Shown one piece after another: positions 10,414-20,600 of a stretch of 56,567 bases of DNA (positions are counted from its first letter, which is position 1; the number at the start of each line of letters is the position of its first letter). Origin of the DNA: a virus (lineage: Duplodnaviria > Caudoviricetes); the IMG/VR virus record IMGVR_UViG_3300030103_000728, positions 1-56,567 of that record. The stretch is one strand, 5' to 3'. The position numbers and the translations under genes are program-made. The notes under the pieces were generated by a model. The model was given only the letters and a program-made list of their open reading frames with translations, did no database searches and was not told the DNA's origin.

Positions 10414-11784
10414 ATGGCTAGTACATATACAGCAAACAGTGGCATAGAAAAACCCGGCTCCGGCGAACAGTCAGGAACTTGGGGTGACACCACTAATACA
10501 AACTTCGATATCATTGACCGCGCTCTTAACGGAGTTGGTGCGATTACGCTGTCTGGCACAACACATACGCTGACAACCTCTGACGGTTCTGTGTCTGACG
10601 GTCATTTTAAAGTTCTTGTTCTTGGCGGCTCACCTAGCGGAACCAATACAATTACTATAAGTCCGAATGATCAGGACAAGACGTATCTTGTAAAAAATGG
10701 TTCTGGTCAAACAGCTACCTTCACACAAGGCAGTGGAGGCAACGCTTCGATCTCTGACGGAGAAACTGCTTGGATTTTTGCAGATGGTGCGGGTTCAGGG
10801 GCGCAGGTTCAAAAAGCTGCTTTTGATGTTGTAAATGACACCTCTCCGCAGTTAGGCGGCAATCTTGATGTTAATGCAAAAAATATTGTGTTTGGAGATA
10901 GCAGTGGTGCTTCTGATGACCGCCTGACTTTTGGTGCTGGAACAGATCTGTCTATATACCATGATGGTACAGACAATCATGTGGATGTTGCAGGAACTTT
11001 AACAATAGATGGTTCTGGAGAGACACTCGCCAAATTTATTGATGATGGCGCTGTAGAACTTTATCACAACAACACTAAGAGGATAGAAACAGACTCTGCG
11101 GGTATCACAGTCACTGGGCAGATTACTGTAACTGGTAGTAACATCGTATTTGAGGGCGCAACCGCAGATGCCCATGAAACTACCTTTACGGTCACCGATC
11201 CCACGGCAGACCGCACAATAACATTCCCTAATTCTTCTGGAACCGTGGCCCTAACTTCAGATGTATCCGCGTCTTTGCCCAGTGGAACTATTGTTCCTTA
11301 TGCAGGAAGTTCTGCACCCAGCGGGTATCTGTTAGCGTATGGTCAGGCTGTTAGTAGGTCTACATACTCAGATCTGTTTTCTGCAATAGGAACCACCTAC
11401 GGTGTAGGAGACGGGAGCAGCACCTTCAATCTGCCTGATCTTAGAGGACGCACGATTGCAGGTCAGGACGACATGGGCGGTAGTTCCGCAGATCGACTGA
11501 CTAACCAAACAGGTGGGGTAAACGGAGATACGCTTGGTGGCACAGGTGGCTCGGAAACTCACACTCTTACAGAGGCTCAACTAGCCGCGCACACTCACGG
11601 AGCAGGCTCTTATAAAGCCTCATTTCCACAAGGCGGTGCTTCTGATAGCGGCGGCTTTGGAAATCAAGGATCTATTGGCACCGGCCAGCTTACCGTTACT
11701 GGCACAAGTGGAAGCACTGGTAGCGGTAGCGCACACAACAACGTACAGCCAACAATCATCTTAAACTACATAATCAAAACGTAA
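10414..11784 (+). CDS. Tail fibre protein with phage tail collar domain
   Basis: LPSGTIVPYAGSSAPSGYLLAYGQAVSRSTYSDLFSAIGTTYGVGDGSSTFNLPDLRGR (collar); ends AHNNVQPTIILNYIIKT. Confidence 0.85.
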   Translation: MASTYTANSGIEKPGSGEQSGTWGDTTNTNFDIIDRALNGVGAITLSGTTHTLTTSDGSVSDGHFKVLVLGGSPSGTNTITISPNDQDKTYLVKNGSGQTATFTQGSGGNASISDGETAWIFADGAGSGAQVQKAAFDVVNDTSPQLGGNLDVNAKNIVFGDSSGASDDRLTFGAGTDLSIYHDGTDNHVDVAGTLTIDGSGETLAKFIDDGAVELYHNNTKRIETDSAGITVTGQITVTGSNIVFEGATADAHETTFTVTDPTADRTITFPNSSGTVALTSDVSASLPSGTIVPYAGSSAPSGYLLAYGQAVSRSTYSDLFSAIGTTYGVGDGSSTFNLPDLRGRTIAGQDDMGGSSADRLTNQTGGVNGDTLGGTGGSETHTLTEAQLAAHTHGAGSYKASFPQGGASDSGGFGNQGSIGTGQLTVTGTSGSTGSGSAHNNVQPTIILNYIIKT

Positions 11785-13661
11785 TGCCATTAACAAAGCT
11801 ACAGTTTAGACCCGGCGTAAACAGGGAAGTCACTTCGTACAGCAACGAGGGCGGCTGGCGCGACTGCGATAAAATCCGTTTCCGCTTTGGCTACCCTGAA
11901 AAGATTGGCGGCTGGGAAAAGTACGCCTCGTCAACCTATCTTGGCTCTGCTCGTGCGCTACACAACTGGATCGCACTTGATGGCTCCAACTATCTTGGTA
12001 TCGGCACTCACCTCAAATACTACATCGAAGAAGGTCAAAGTCTGAACGATATCACACCCATACGCCTGACCACAGGCGCAGGAGACTGCACCTTTGCTGC
12101 AACAAATGGCAGTGCAGTAATCACTGTAACTGACTCTAGTCACGGCGCGGTCGAGAATGACTTTGTTACTTTCTCTAGCGCGGCAAGCCTTGGTGGCAAT
12201 ATCACTGCCGCAGTGCTGAATACTGAGCATCAGATCACACAGATTGTTAACGCTAACAGCTATAAAATCACCGTATCTGCCACAGCTAATGGGTCAGACA
12301 CTGGTAACGGTGGGTCTAATACTGTTGGCGCGTATCAAATAAACGTGGGTCTTGACACTACGGTTGGCGGCACTGGCTGGGGTGCAGGAACATGGGGAAG
12401 AGATGGATGGGGTGACGCAGCATCCGGCGGTCTTACTACAACCACGCAGATCAGACTGTGGTCACACGATAATTTCGGAGAAGATCTACTCATCAACCCT
12501 CGTGACAGTAACATTTACTATTGGGACAGAAGTAATAACCTATCCACGAGAGCGGTTGAACTGTCCACACTCAGTGGCACAAAGACCAGCGTACCGCAGA
12601 TCGCAAAGCAAGTGCTTGTTTCTGATCAAGATAGGCATGTTATTGCTTTTGGTTGTGATGCTCTGAACGCAAGCAACACAGCTAATCAAGGTAACGGTGT
12701 ACAAGACCCGCTGCTCATACGCTTCTCTGACCAAGAGAACCCACTGATCTGGTATCCGGCAGCAACAAATACAGCAGGAGATCTCAGACTTGGATCTGGA
12801 TCTACCTTTGTGCAGGCCGTTGAAACAAAGCGTGAGATACTGGTGTGGACTGACACTGCCCTCAGTTCTATGCGGTTTATCGGTCCTCCGTTTACCTTTG
12901 GCATCCAGCAGCTTGCTTCTAACATCACGATAGCTGGGCCAAACGCTGCTGTTGGTACAGAAGACGTTGTCTACTGGATGGGTATCGACAACTTCTACAT
13001 CTATGCTGGTCAGACACAGCAGTTACCCTGCTCTGTAAAAGACAAGGTGTTTCTCGACTTTAACCAAAGTCAGAGAGACAAGGTTGTAGCTGGAGTCAAC
13101 TCTGAGTTTTCAGAGGTTGTGTGGTATTACCCTAGTGCTAGTAGTTCTGAGAATGACAGATATGTCATATACAACTACGCCGAAAAGGTCTGGTACTTCG
13201 GTAATCTTGCCCGCACCGCGTGGCTTGACCGTGGTGTTAGATCCTTCCCGCTGGCTACAGGCAATCAATACATATATAACCATGAGCTTGGGTACGACGA
13301 CGACGGGTCAGCGATGAACTCATTCATCGAGTCCTCGCCTATGGACATCGGTGATGGCGACAAATTTACCTACATTGGTAGGGTGATACCTGACATTACA
13401 TTTGATGGGTCAACAAATCTCAGTAGCCCACAGGCCACATTTACTGTAAAATCCAGGAACTTCCCAGGTGCGGGCTTCGACAACACAGCATCGGGTGACA
13501 CGATACGCACAGCCACGTCGCCGGTTGAGACATTTACCAACCAGTTGTTCTTGCGGTCTCGTGGTAGATCCTTTGCTCTTCGTATTGAGTCCTCGGCCCT
13601 TGGAGCTAGGTGGAAGCTTGGTAGCCCACGCATAGATATACGACAGGATGGTAGACGCTAA
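11784..13661 (+). CDS. Tail nozzle / DNA-stabilisation protein (P22 gp10 / T7 gp12-like)
   Basis: 625 aa, beta-propeller-like; DPLLIRFSDQE..., precedes the ejection-protein genes. Confidence 0.65.
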   Translation: MPLTKLQFRPGVNREVTSYSNEGGWRDCDKIRFRFGYPEKIGGWEKYASSTYLGSARALHNWIALDGSNYLGIGTHLKYYIEEGQSLNDITPIRLTTGAGDCTFAATNGSAVITVTDSSHGAVENDFVTFSSAASLGGNITAAVLNTEHQITQIVNANSYKITVSATANGSDTGNGGSNTVGAYQINVGLDTTVGGTGWGAGTWGRDGWGDAASGGLTTTTQIRLWSHDNFGEDLLINPRDSNIYYWDRSNNLSTRAVELSTLSGTKTSVPQIAKQVLVSDQDRHVIAFGCDALNASNTANQGNGVQDPLLIRFSDQENPLIWYPAATNTAGDLRLGSGSTFVQAVETKREILVWTDTALSSMRFIGPPFTFGIQQLASNITIAGPNAAVGTEDVVYWMGIDNFYIYAGQTQQLPCSVKDKVFLDFNQSQRDKVVAGVNSEFSEVVWYYPSASSSENDRYVIYNYAEKVWYFGNLARTAWLDRGVRSFPLATGNQYIYNHELGYDDDGSAMNSFIESSPMDIGDGDKFTYIGRVIPDITFDGSTNLSSPQATFTVKSRNFPGAGFDNTASGDTIRTATSPVETFTNQLFLRSRGRSFALRIESSALGARWKLGSPRIDIRQDGRR

Positions 13662-13891
13662 TGTCATCAAATCAGATCGCACCACCAAGGCTACCGGAAG
13701 CACCAACAGAGTATTCGGTTCAGTATATGTCTGACCTGATTCGTTCTCTTGAGTTGTTTATTGCACAGGAGCGTAACCCCGGAGAGATGCGCGGAACAAA
13801 ACTAACACTGACAAATCTGCCTACGAGTGCAACTGGACTTGAAACCGGCGCACTGTATAATGATAGCGGTACTGTAAAGGTAGTGACCTGA
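13661..13891 (+). CDS. Small tail-associated protein
   Basis: Translationally coupled on both sides; ends LPTSATGLETGALYNDSGTVKV. Confidence 0.6.
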   Translation: MSSNQIAPPRLPEAPTEYSVQYMSDLIRSLELFIAQERNPGEMRGTKLTLTNLPTSATGLETGALYNDSGTVKVVT

Positions 13892-14698
13892 TGGGACTTT
13901 TTAGTAAGCTGACAGATAAGATCAAGGACGCCGCACCTATCATTGGTGGGGTGATAGGGTATGGTCTTGGTGGTCCCGCTGGCGGAGCATTGTACTCGGC
14001 CCTCGGATCTGGGATCGGGGGTCTTGTTGCAGGTCAGGATGTTGATGAAGCCTTGAAGACAGCGGCTATCGGAGGTGCGCTTGGGTTTGGTGCTGGAAAG
14101 GTTTTTGGACCTGCGGGAACTTCAAGCTTTTCTCCTGGTTTTATAAGAGATTCTATTTTACCGCAGGCGACAACACAAATTGGTGTCCCAGGAGTAGACT
14201 CAGCAATGGACTTTGCTGTATCACCACAAAATGCTTCCACTCAAGCATTGAACGATCCGTCTTTCTTTGACAAGGCGCTTGGCTTTGCTAAAGAGAATCC
14301 ACTCCTAACAACAGCAGGCCTGGGATCTTTGGCTGCGCTTGGTCTAACCGAGGAGGAAGAAGAGGAAGCAGGGTCTCTGCGTCCATTCCCTGTCGGTAAG
14401 ATGAGAAGAACTCCTGTAACTACATATCTGGGCGAAGAGCTTGATCTAGCTAACCCCGAAGATGTTGAGCTGTACACCAAACGCAAGGCCGAGGTCCGAG
14501 ACCCGGGATTTGAGTATCGGGGGGTTCCTAGAAGTTGAGGGTCCGGGCACCGGCACTTCGGACTCAGTGCCAGCCCGTCTATCTGACGGTGAATTTGTAA
14601 TGACAGCCAAAGCGGTTCGTGGCGCAGGCGATGGAGATAGGGATATCGGAGCGGCACGAATGTATGATATGATGGCTGAACTGGAGGCACAGGCGTAA
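13891..14698 (+). CDS. Putative DNA ejection/internal virion protein, split by a frameshift near 14519-14538
   Basis: Gly-rich hydrophobic N-terminus (13891..14538). The C-terminal EGPGTGTSDSVPARLSDGEFVMTAKAVRGAG domain lies in the +1 frame and ends at the TAATG coupled to the next gene. Confidence 0.65.
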
Positions 14699-15588
14699 TG
14701 GCTACTCAAACCGTTGAACAAATCACCAGACTGCCTGAGTTTCAGGAACAGTTTCTTGCTGACCTTTTAGAACAGGCAGGCACCGTATCCGAAACAGGCA
14801 TGCCGTATGCTCCATCGCAGCTTGCTGATCTATCAGAAGCGCAGCAGAAGGCTATTTCTTCTGCCATGTCTGGTGTTGGTACATACGCTCCATACCTACA
14901 ACAAGCAGCCTCGGCTATCGGTTCTGGGATCACGGGTGCGCAGGGTGCAACTATCACCCCCACATCATATCAACAGTTTATGGATCCGTACCTTGAGGAT
15001 GTAGTTCAGCAGCAGTACGCTGACATCGCCGAGCAGGGTATAAAGCAGCAGCAGGGTCTTGGCGCACAAGCCATAGGAGCTGGTGCCTTCGGTGGGTCAC
15101 GACAGGCCATTCAAGCAGGTGAGATTGACAGGAACGTACTGGAGCAGCAGGCTCGTACAGGATCACAGCTTCGCACTGCTGGCTTTGCACAAGCGCAGCA
15201 GCTTGCTGGTCAGGCTGCACAGCAGCAGTTGCAGCAGGCACAACTGCAAGGTGCGCTGGGTCAAGGTATCGCCGGTCTGGGTCAGCTTGGTCAGCAGATG
15301 GGTACACAGGATATCAACACACTGTTGGGTGTCGGTGGACTACAGCAGCAGCAGGCACAGCAGGGCTTGAACATAGCACAGCAGAATCTTCTGGCGCAGC
15401 AGCAGCTTCCGTTCCAGCAGGTCGGCTTCTTGTCCGATATCTTCCAAGGTGTTCCAGCCTTACAATCAACATACTCTACCACTACAACACCGCCCCCAAG
15501 CGCAACGTCCCAGTTGCTAGGACTTGGAATCGCGGGCCTTGGAGCAGCAGGCCAAGCTGGTGGGTTAGCTAAGTTATTCGGGGGCTGA
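14698..15588 (+). CDS. Putative DNA ejection/pilot protein
   Basis: Q/A/G-rich; YQQFMDPY..., AGAFGGSRQAI; hydrophobic Gly-rich C-terminus. Confidence 0.65.
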   Translation: MATQTVEQITRLPEFQEQFLADLLEQAGTVSETGMPYAPSQLADLSEAQQKAISSAMSGVGTYAPYLQQAASAIGSGITGAQGATITPTSYQQFMDPYLEDVVQQQYADIAEQGIKQQQGLGAQAIGAGAFGGSRQAIQAGEIDRNVLEQQARTGSQLRTAGFAQAQQLAGQAAQQQLQQAQLQGALGQGIAGLGQLGQQMGTQDINTLLGVGGLQQQQAQQGLNIAQQNLLAQQQLPFQQVGFLSDIFQGVPALQSTYSTTTTPPPSATSQLLGLGIAGLGAAGQAGGLAKLFGG

Positions 15589-15589
15589 T

Positions 15590-17665
15590 ATGAATCCTAT
15601 GAACCGCAAAATGTTTCGTGACCCAATGGCGAGCAGGCAAGCTGCTGGCATCTTGGCGTCATCCCCTGAACTGATGGCAGCAGCGCAACGCAGGCAACCT
15701 GTGCGCATGGCTAACGGTGGCACTGTTAACACTCAGGGAAACTATTTGCTTGCGGTTCAAAACGCTATTCAGGCGGGGGATAAAGCTGCTCTTCAAGAAC
15801 TGGCTAAACCCATAAACTACGGTCAAGCGGCTCGGACCCCGGACGGTAAGGCTGCTATCGCTTTAGCCACTAAGGCATTGGCTGCTCCAAAGGCAGAAGG
15901 CACTGTGCTGGACAAGCTGTCTAGTGGAATATCTAAAGTTGCAGAAGTAGATCGCAACATATATGAAAATACTGATCAATTTTTATTCGGCACAGATGAT
16001 CGTCAAAGTCCTCTGCAATCAGCGGCTAGAGCGGTAATGTCTCCGCTACAATCTGCCGCTAATGCAATTATTGGTACTCCTGGGGCTGTCGCAAGAGATG
16101 TTAAAACCCTGGTTACTCCAGTCTCTACTGCAACTGGAATGACTCCCGCAGAAGAACTCGCTGCTTATCGGCCCGGTACGGTTCCTCCGAGTCAGGGTGC
16201 CATGCCGGCAAGCGCCCCCGCTCCTGGTGCTGGTGCTGGTGCTGCAACTAAAGCAACTCCAGTCACAGTCACAGATACTGTCGGCACCACTCCTGATGCG
16301 GCAGGTAGCGCAGGTGAAGATTCTTCTACCCCGCAGACAGAGGGCAAAAGCGCGGCAGAATTATTAGCTGAAGCGACTGCCAGACAAAAGGGTGAGACTC
16401 CTGCCGCAGCTACAGCGGGGGCTGGTGATACTGACGCCGGTACAACAGGTTCTGGTAACATAACTGCCGCCAAAGTTGTATTGCCTGAATCATTAAAGAA
16501 TCTGCCAGAGGGTGGCGTAGAAAGGGCACCGGGGCAGGCTCTTACAAGGGGTTTTGAAATTGGGTTTAATGAGGCAGATGCAGCAGCCGATAAGGTAGAC
16601 AGTGTCTTAAATCAAAACAGACCAGCTAAAGACGTGGCTAAAGACAATGACGCCGCTTCAGGTATTGATCCAAACCTCTCTAGGTCAGAGAGAGTTAAGC
16701 AGCGGGTCGAGCTATATCGTGAGATGCTGGGTGACGAAGCTGTTAAGGACATTCGCACAGACGCTAACTACAATCTTATGATGCTGGGTCTTCGTATAGC
16801 GTCAGGTCAGTCAGAAAATGCCATAAGCAATATTGCTCAAGCTGGTGCCGCTCAACTTGGTGAGTTTGGAACCGCAGTAGGCGAAGAAACTCAAGCCAAA
16901 GTTAAAGAAAAGCGTGACATAAACCTCATGGCTATTGGTGATGTTAACCAAGAGATGGCTACTGAAGCTGCGGCTATGAATGCTGCGGCGGAAGCAGAAA
17001 AAGACAGACAGTTTAAGTGGGATGTGAATAAGTCTAATCAAGCATTTCAAGCGGCAACAGCGGCTCAAGATAATATTTGGCAAAATGACAGGATACAGAC
17101 ACAAATTAATGCGTCTCTTAAAGAAGCGGGCATGCAAATTGATGCTGCAAACCTTCGGCAGAAAAATGATGCTGCGTTGAGGGTTGCATTACAAAATGCT
17201 CAAAACGAAAACCAGGTGAATCTTGCCCTAGCAAACCATAATTTCGCAGCAGAGCAAGCTAAAGAGGGTAGAATATTTGATCTGGAGAAGTTGGGTATTG
17301 CACAAGCCTTTGCGAAGGACCAGGGACTCAGTGAGCAAGCCTTCCGTGAAAAACTTGCGAAGCTCCCAGGTGACACGCAAAAGCTGTACGAGCAATTCTT
17401 GACACCCGCGCAGATTACAGAGCTTCTCACAGTTGATAAAACGAGTAAGGACAGAAGTAAGTACAAATCTAGCTTTATCAGCGACGTGATGGTCAAAGGA
17501 GAAGCTGCCATCAACATGGAGGATAGTCTAGTACAAGAGCTACTAAACTTGCCTGCAAACCAAGGTAAAAGCGAAGATGAACTTCGTGCCTTTGTAAAAA
17601 ATAATGACTTGGTCGCAAGAAAGTTTTCTGACCTGTTCGACACAGTAGTATGGCCCACACTTTAA
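15590..17665 (+). CDS. Putative internal virion/ejection protein
   Basis: 691 aa; N-term MNRKMFR...PVRMANGGTV; Ala-rich linker then coiled coil. Confidence 0.55.
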   Translation: MNPMNRKMFRDPMASRQAAGILASSPELMAAAQRRQPVRMANGGTVNTQGNYLLAVQNAIQAGDKAALQELAKPINYGQAARTPDGKAAIALATKALAAPKAEGTVLDKLSSGISKVAEVDRNIYENTDQFLFGTDDRQSPLQSAARAVMSPLQSAANAIIGTPGAVARDVKTLVTPVSTATGMTPAEELAAYRPGTVPPSQGAMPASAPAPGAGAGAATKATPVTVTDTVGTTPDAAGSAGEDSSTPQTEGKSAAELLAEATARQKGETPAAATAGAGDTDAGTTGSGNITAAKVVLPESLKNLPEGGVERAPGQALTRGFEIGFNEADAAADKVDSVLNQNRPAKDVAKDNDAASGIDPNLSRSERVKQRVELYREMLGDEAVKDIRTDANYNLMMLGLRIASGQSENAISNIAQAGAAQLGEFGTAVGEETQAKVKEKRDINLMAIGDVNQEMATEAAAMNAAAEAEKDRQFKWDVNKSNQAFQAATAAQDNIWQNDRIQTQINASLKEAGMQIDAANLRQKNDAALRVALQNAQNENQVNLALANHNFAAEQAKEGRIFDLEKLGIAQAFAKDQGLSEQAFREKLAKLPGDTQKLYEQFLTPAQITELLTVDKTSKDRSKYKSSFISDVMVKGEAAINMEDSLVQELLNLPANQGKSEDELRAFVKNNDLVARKFSDLFDTVVWPTL

Positions 17666-17678
17666 AATAGAGGGGCAG

Positions 17679-20600
17679 ATGGCAAAAACTTTTCTTGAGC
17701 AGATGCAGGAGGAACTAGAAGCCTCCACCTCAACTCCAACCTCTACTGACTTCGCATCCACCAATCGTAGGAGAGAGCTTACCGACGAGAACGAGGGTAC
17801 GCTTCAAGAGATTGGTGAGGGTATCGTATCTGGTGTGTTAGCTGTTCCACAAGGGATCTTGGAACTGGGTGGTTCTGCCATAGATCTGGTAGCAGATACA
17901 AACTACGCGCAGAATGTTGATGACATGTTCGCCGGTATTCGAGCTGCTGGGGGGATTGATCCCGTTGGTACTCCAGGTGAAATCGCTGAAGTCGTTACTC
18001 AGTTTGTAGTTCCTGGTCTAGGTGTTGCTGGCGCTGTCGGTAGAATGGGCGCTCTTTCAAATGTGAGCAAAACAACCAGAGCCGCCGCACAAGCTGGGGC
18101 CGCTGGGGTTACTGATGCTGTTGTATCGACAAACGGAACAACAACAATCGGAGACTTTTTCGGCGGGGGTCCAACAGAAACCACAGATCTAATTGGTCTT
18201 GAAGGTAGAGAAGCCGCTGCCGCTAGAATCGGGAACAAGCTCAAGGTGGGGTTTGAAGCCGCTGGCGCGACTGCTCTTGTAGAACCTACATTCAAAGCTC
18301 TTGGACTCGTGGGCGGAACAGCCGCTAGGATTGCCTCTAAGCCAGCCATAGTAGGAACAGCAACACAAAAGCTGATGGAAGCAAGCACTGCACTGTCCAC
18401 TCGTGGCGGTGAGTTTGCAGAAAAACTACTGGGGGAAGAAAACTTTGATGCGGTAAAATCAGTGTTCAGGGCAAGAGGAAACCTGCCACAGGACGTATTT
18501 GAGGTTAGATCTCTTATATCTGGACGGGTTCAGGCAGAGGCTAACATTGCTGCTCGCACCCTGAAAGACTTAGGCAAAAACATAGATAAAGCATACAAGG
18601 GCGTTGAAGAGGTTATGGTTAACGGAACCTCTCTTACTCGGGCCGACTTGAACAATGATCTGTACGGTTACTTGACAGGTGAGATTTCTGAAAAAGCGTT
18701 GCCAGACTTCATAAAGGTACAAGCTAAAGCTATGAGAGATCAGGTTGATGGCCTGTCCAATAGAATCCTTAACTCAGACTATCTCTCAAAGTCTGACCAG
18801 CAAGACATCATAGACACAATTAAAGGTAATATTGGCTCTTACATACGCCGCAAGTATCGCTTGTTTGAGGACGGCAAAGGGTTTATGCAAACTGCCGAAT
18901 TCAAAAAAGGCAAGGCTGACACCATAAAATTGTTTGAAAAAAACCCGGATATATACAGACAGTTCCATGATCAGATTATCGGGTTTGATGATCTAAGTGG
19001 TCTGTCAAAGGTTGATGAAGGGGTTTTTGTTGGTGTCGGCAAATCGCAGAAAGTAAGCAGGCAAGCTGCTGAAGACTTGACTGAGAAGTTGCTTGCCGCT
19101 TCTCAGGCCAAGAAGGGTAAATACGCAAAAAATGTAGGCGTAAACAGAGTTGTTGTTGATAAGTTAAGAACAGATTTGTTTAAAGCGAGGAACAGCCAGC
19201 CAGAAGCAATCCGTAGAATGCTGGGAGAGGTGAAAGATCCGCAAGAGGCATTCATATCTACCATTGAAGACATGGCTGTGTTTTCAGCGACAGATGATTT
19301 TCTTGGGTACATAGCCAACAAGGCTGGAGATAGCGGAGAGATCCTGACAAAAGAGGCGTATGCCAGACTACCTAATGAGCTGAAAGAACAGTACGAGGTT
19401 CTTGGCCCAGCCAAAAAAGGTGCCGCAGATTACTGGGGCACAGCCTCTGGCCTAGCTGTGAGCAACAACATGTACAAAGATCTCACAAGGATTGTTGCAA
19501 ACGATACGTCTTCAATGGGTAACTTGGCTCGCTCTTCTTACTCCGCGTTTCTCAGAGCGAAGGGCATAACGCAGTTTGGTAAAACTGTTCTATCCCCCGT
19601 TACACAAGTAAGGAACGTAACATCTGCTGCTTTGTTTGCTTTGGCACAGGGTAATGTTGGTCGTGGGGCAAACGTCTTTGAGTCATTTAACATGGTTATG
19701 AACAATATAAGAAAGAAGTCCACAGCCGAGCAGTTAGAGGAATACGCCAAACTTCAGAGACTGGGTGTAATCGGCAATCAAGCACAGTTAAAAGAGATAG
19801 ACAGACTCATTAATGAAGGCTACGGAGTCACTCGTGACGCTGATGAAGTCATTGCTGGAATCAGGGTCGGTAAAAATGCTGGAAATAAATTTACTCAATC
19901 TAGCGCGGCTCAGTTCCTGAACAAGAAGCTTGATGTTGCCCGAGAATACTATCAGGGCGGTGATGATCTTTGGAAAATATACAACTTTAACTTTGAGAAA
20001 AACAAAATACTGTCTGCCTTTGGGACAGAGTTAGAGGCCACCAAAGCATTGCGAGCTTCTAAACAAATCACAGAAACTCAAACGCTAGACGATTACGCTG
20101 CCGACATTGTTCGCAACACCGTGCCCAACTATGAGAGAGTACCGGCTTTTGTAAAGGGTCTTCGTAAGCTACCTCTTGGTAACTTTATTGCGTTTCCTGC
20201 TGAGATTCTTCGTACAAGTGCAAACACACTAAAGCAATCACTTGACGAACTAGCGAGTGGCAACGCAAGAGTTCGTGAGATTGGAATGCGTCGTCTTACT
20301 GGGTTGATGTCCACCACGATGATTCTTCCCGCTGCCATTCAACAGACAGCTATGGGCTTGACCGGCGTCAGTCAAGAACAGTTAGACGCAGCTAGGCGTA
20401 GCGCGGCCCCTTGGTCTCGTAACAGTAGACTAATCCCTACCTCAGTGGATGAGGATGGGAATCTAACAGGATACGTTGATTATAGCTTTACTAATCCATA
20501 CGACTATCTCCAGCGTCCTATACAGGCAATCTTTAACGCTGTTAAAGATGGGCAGGACTTAGGAAAAGACACAGGAAGTATTGCCACCAACGCCGTATTA

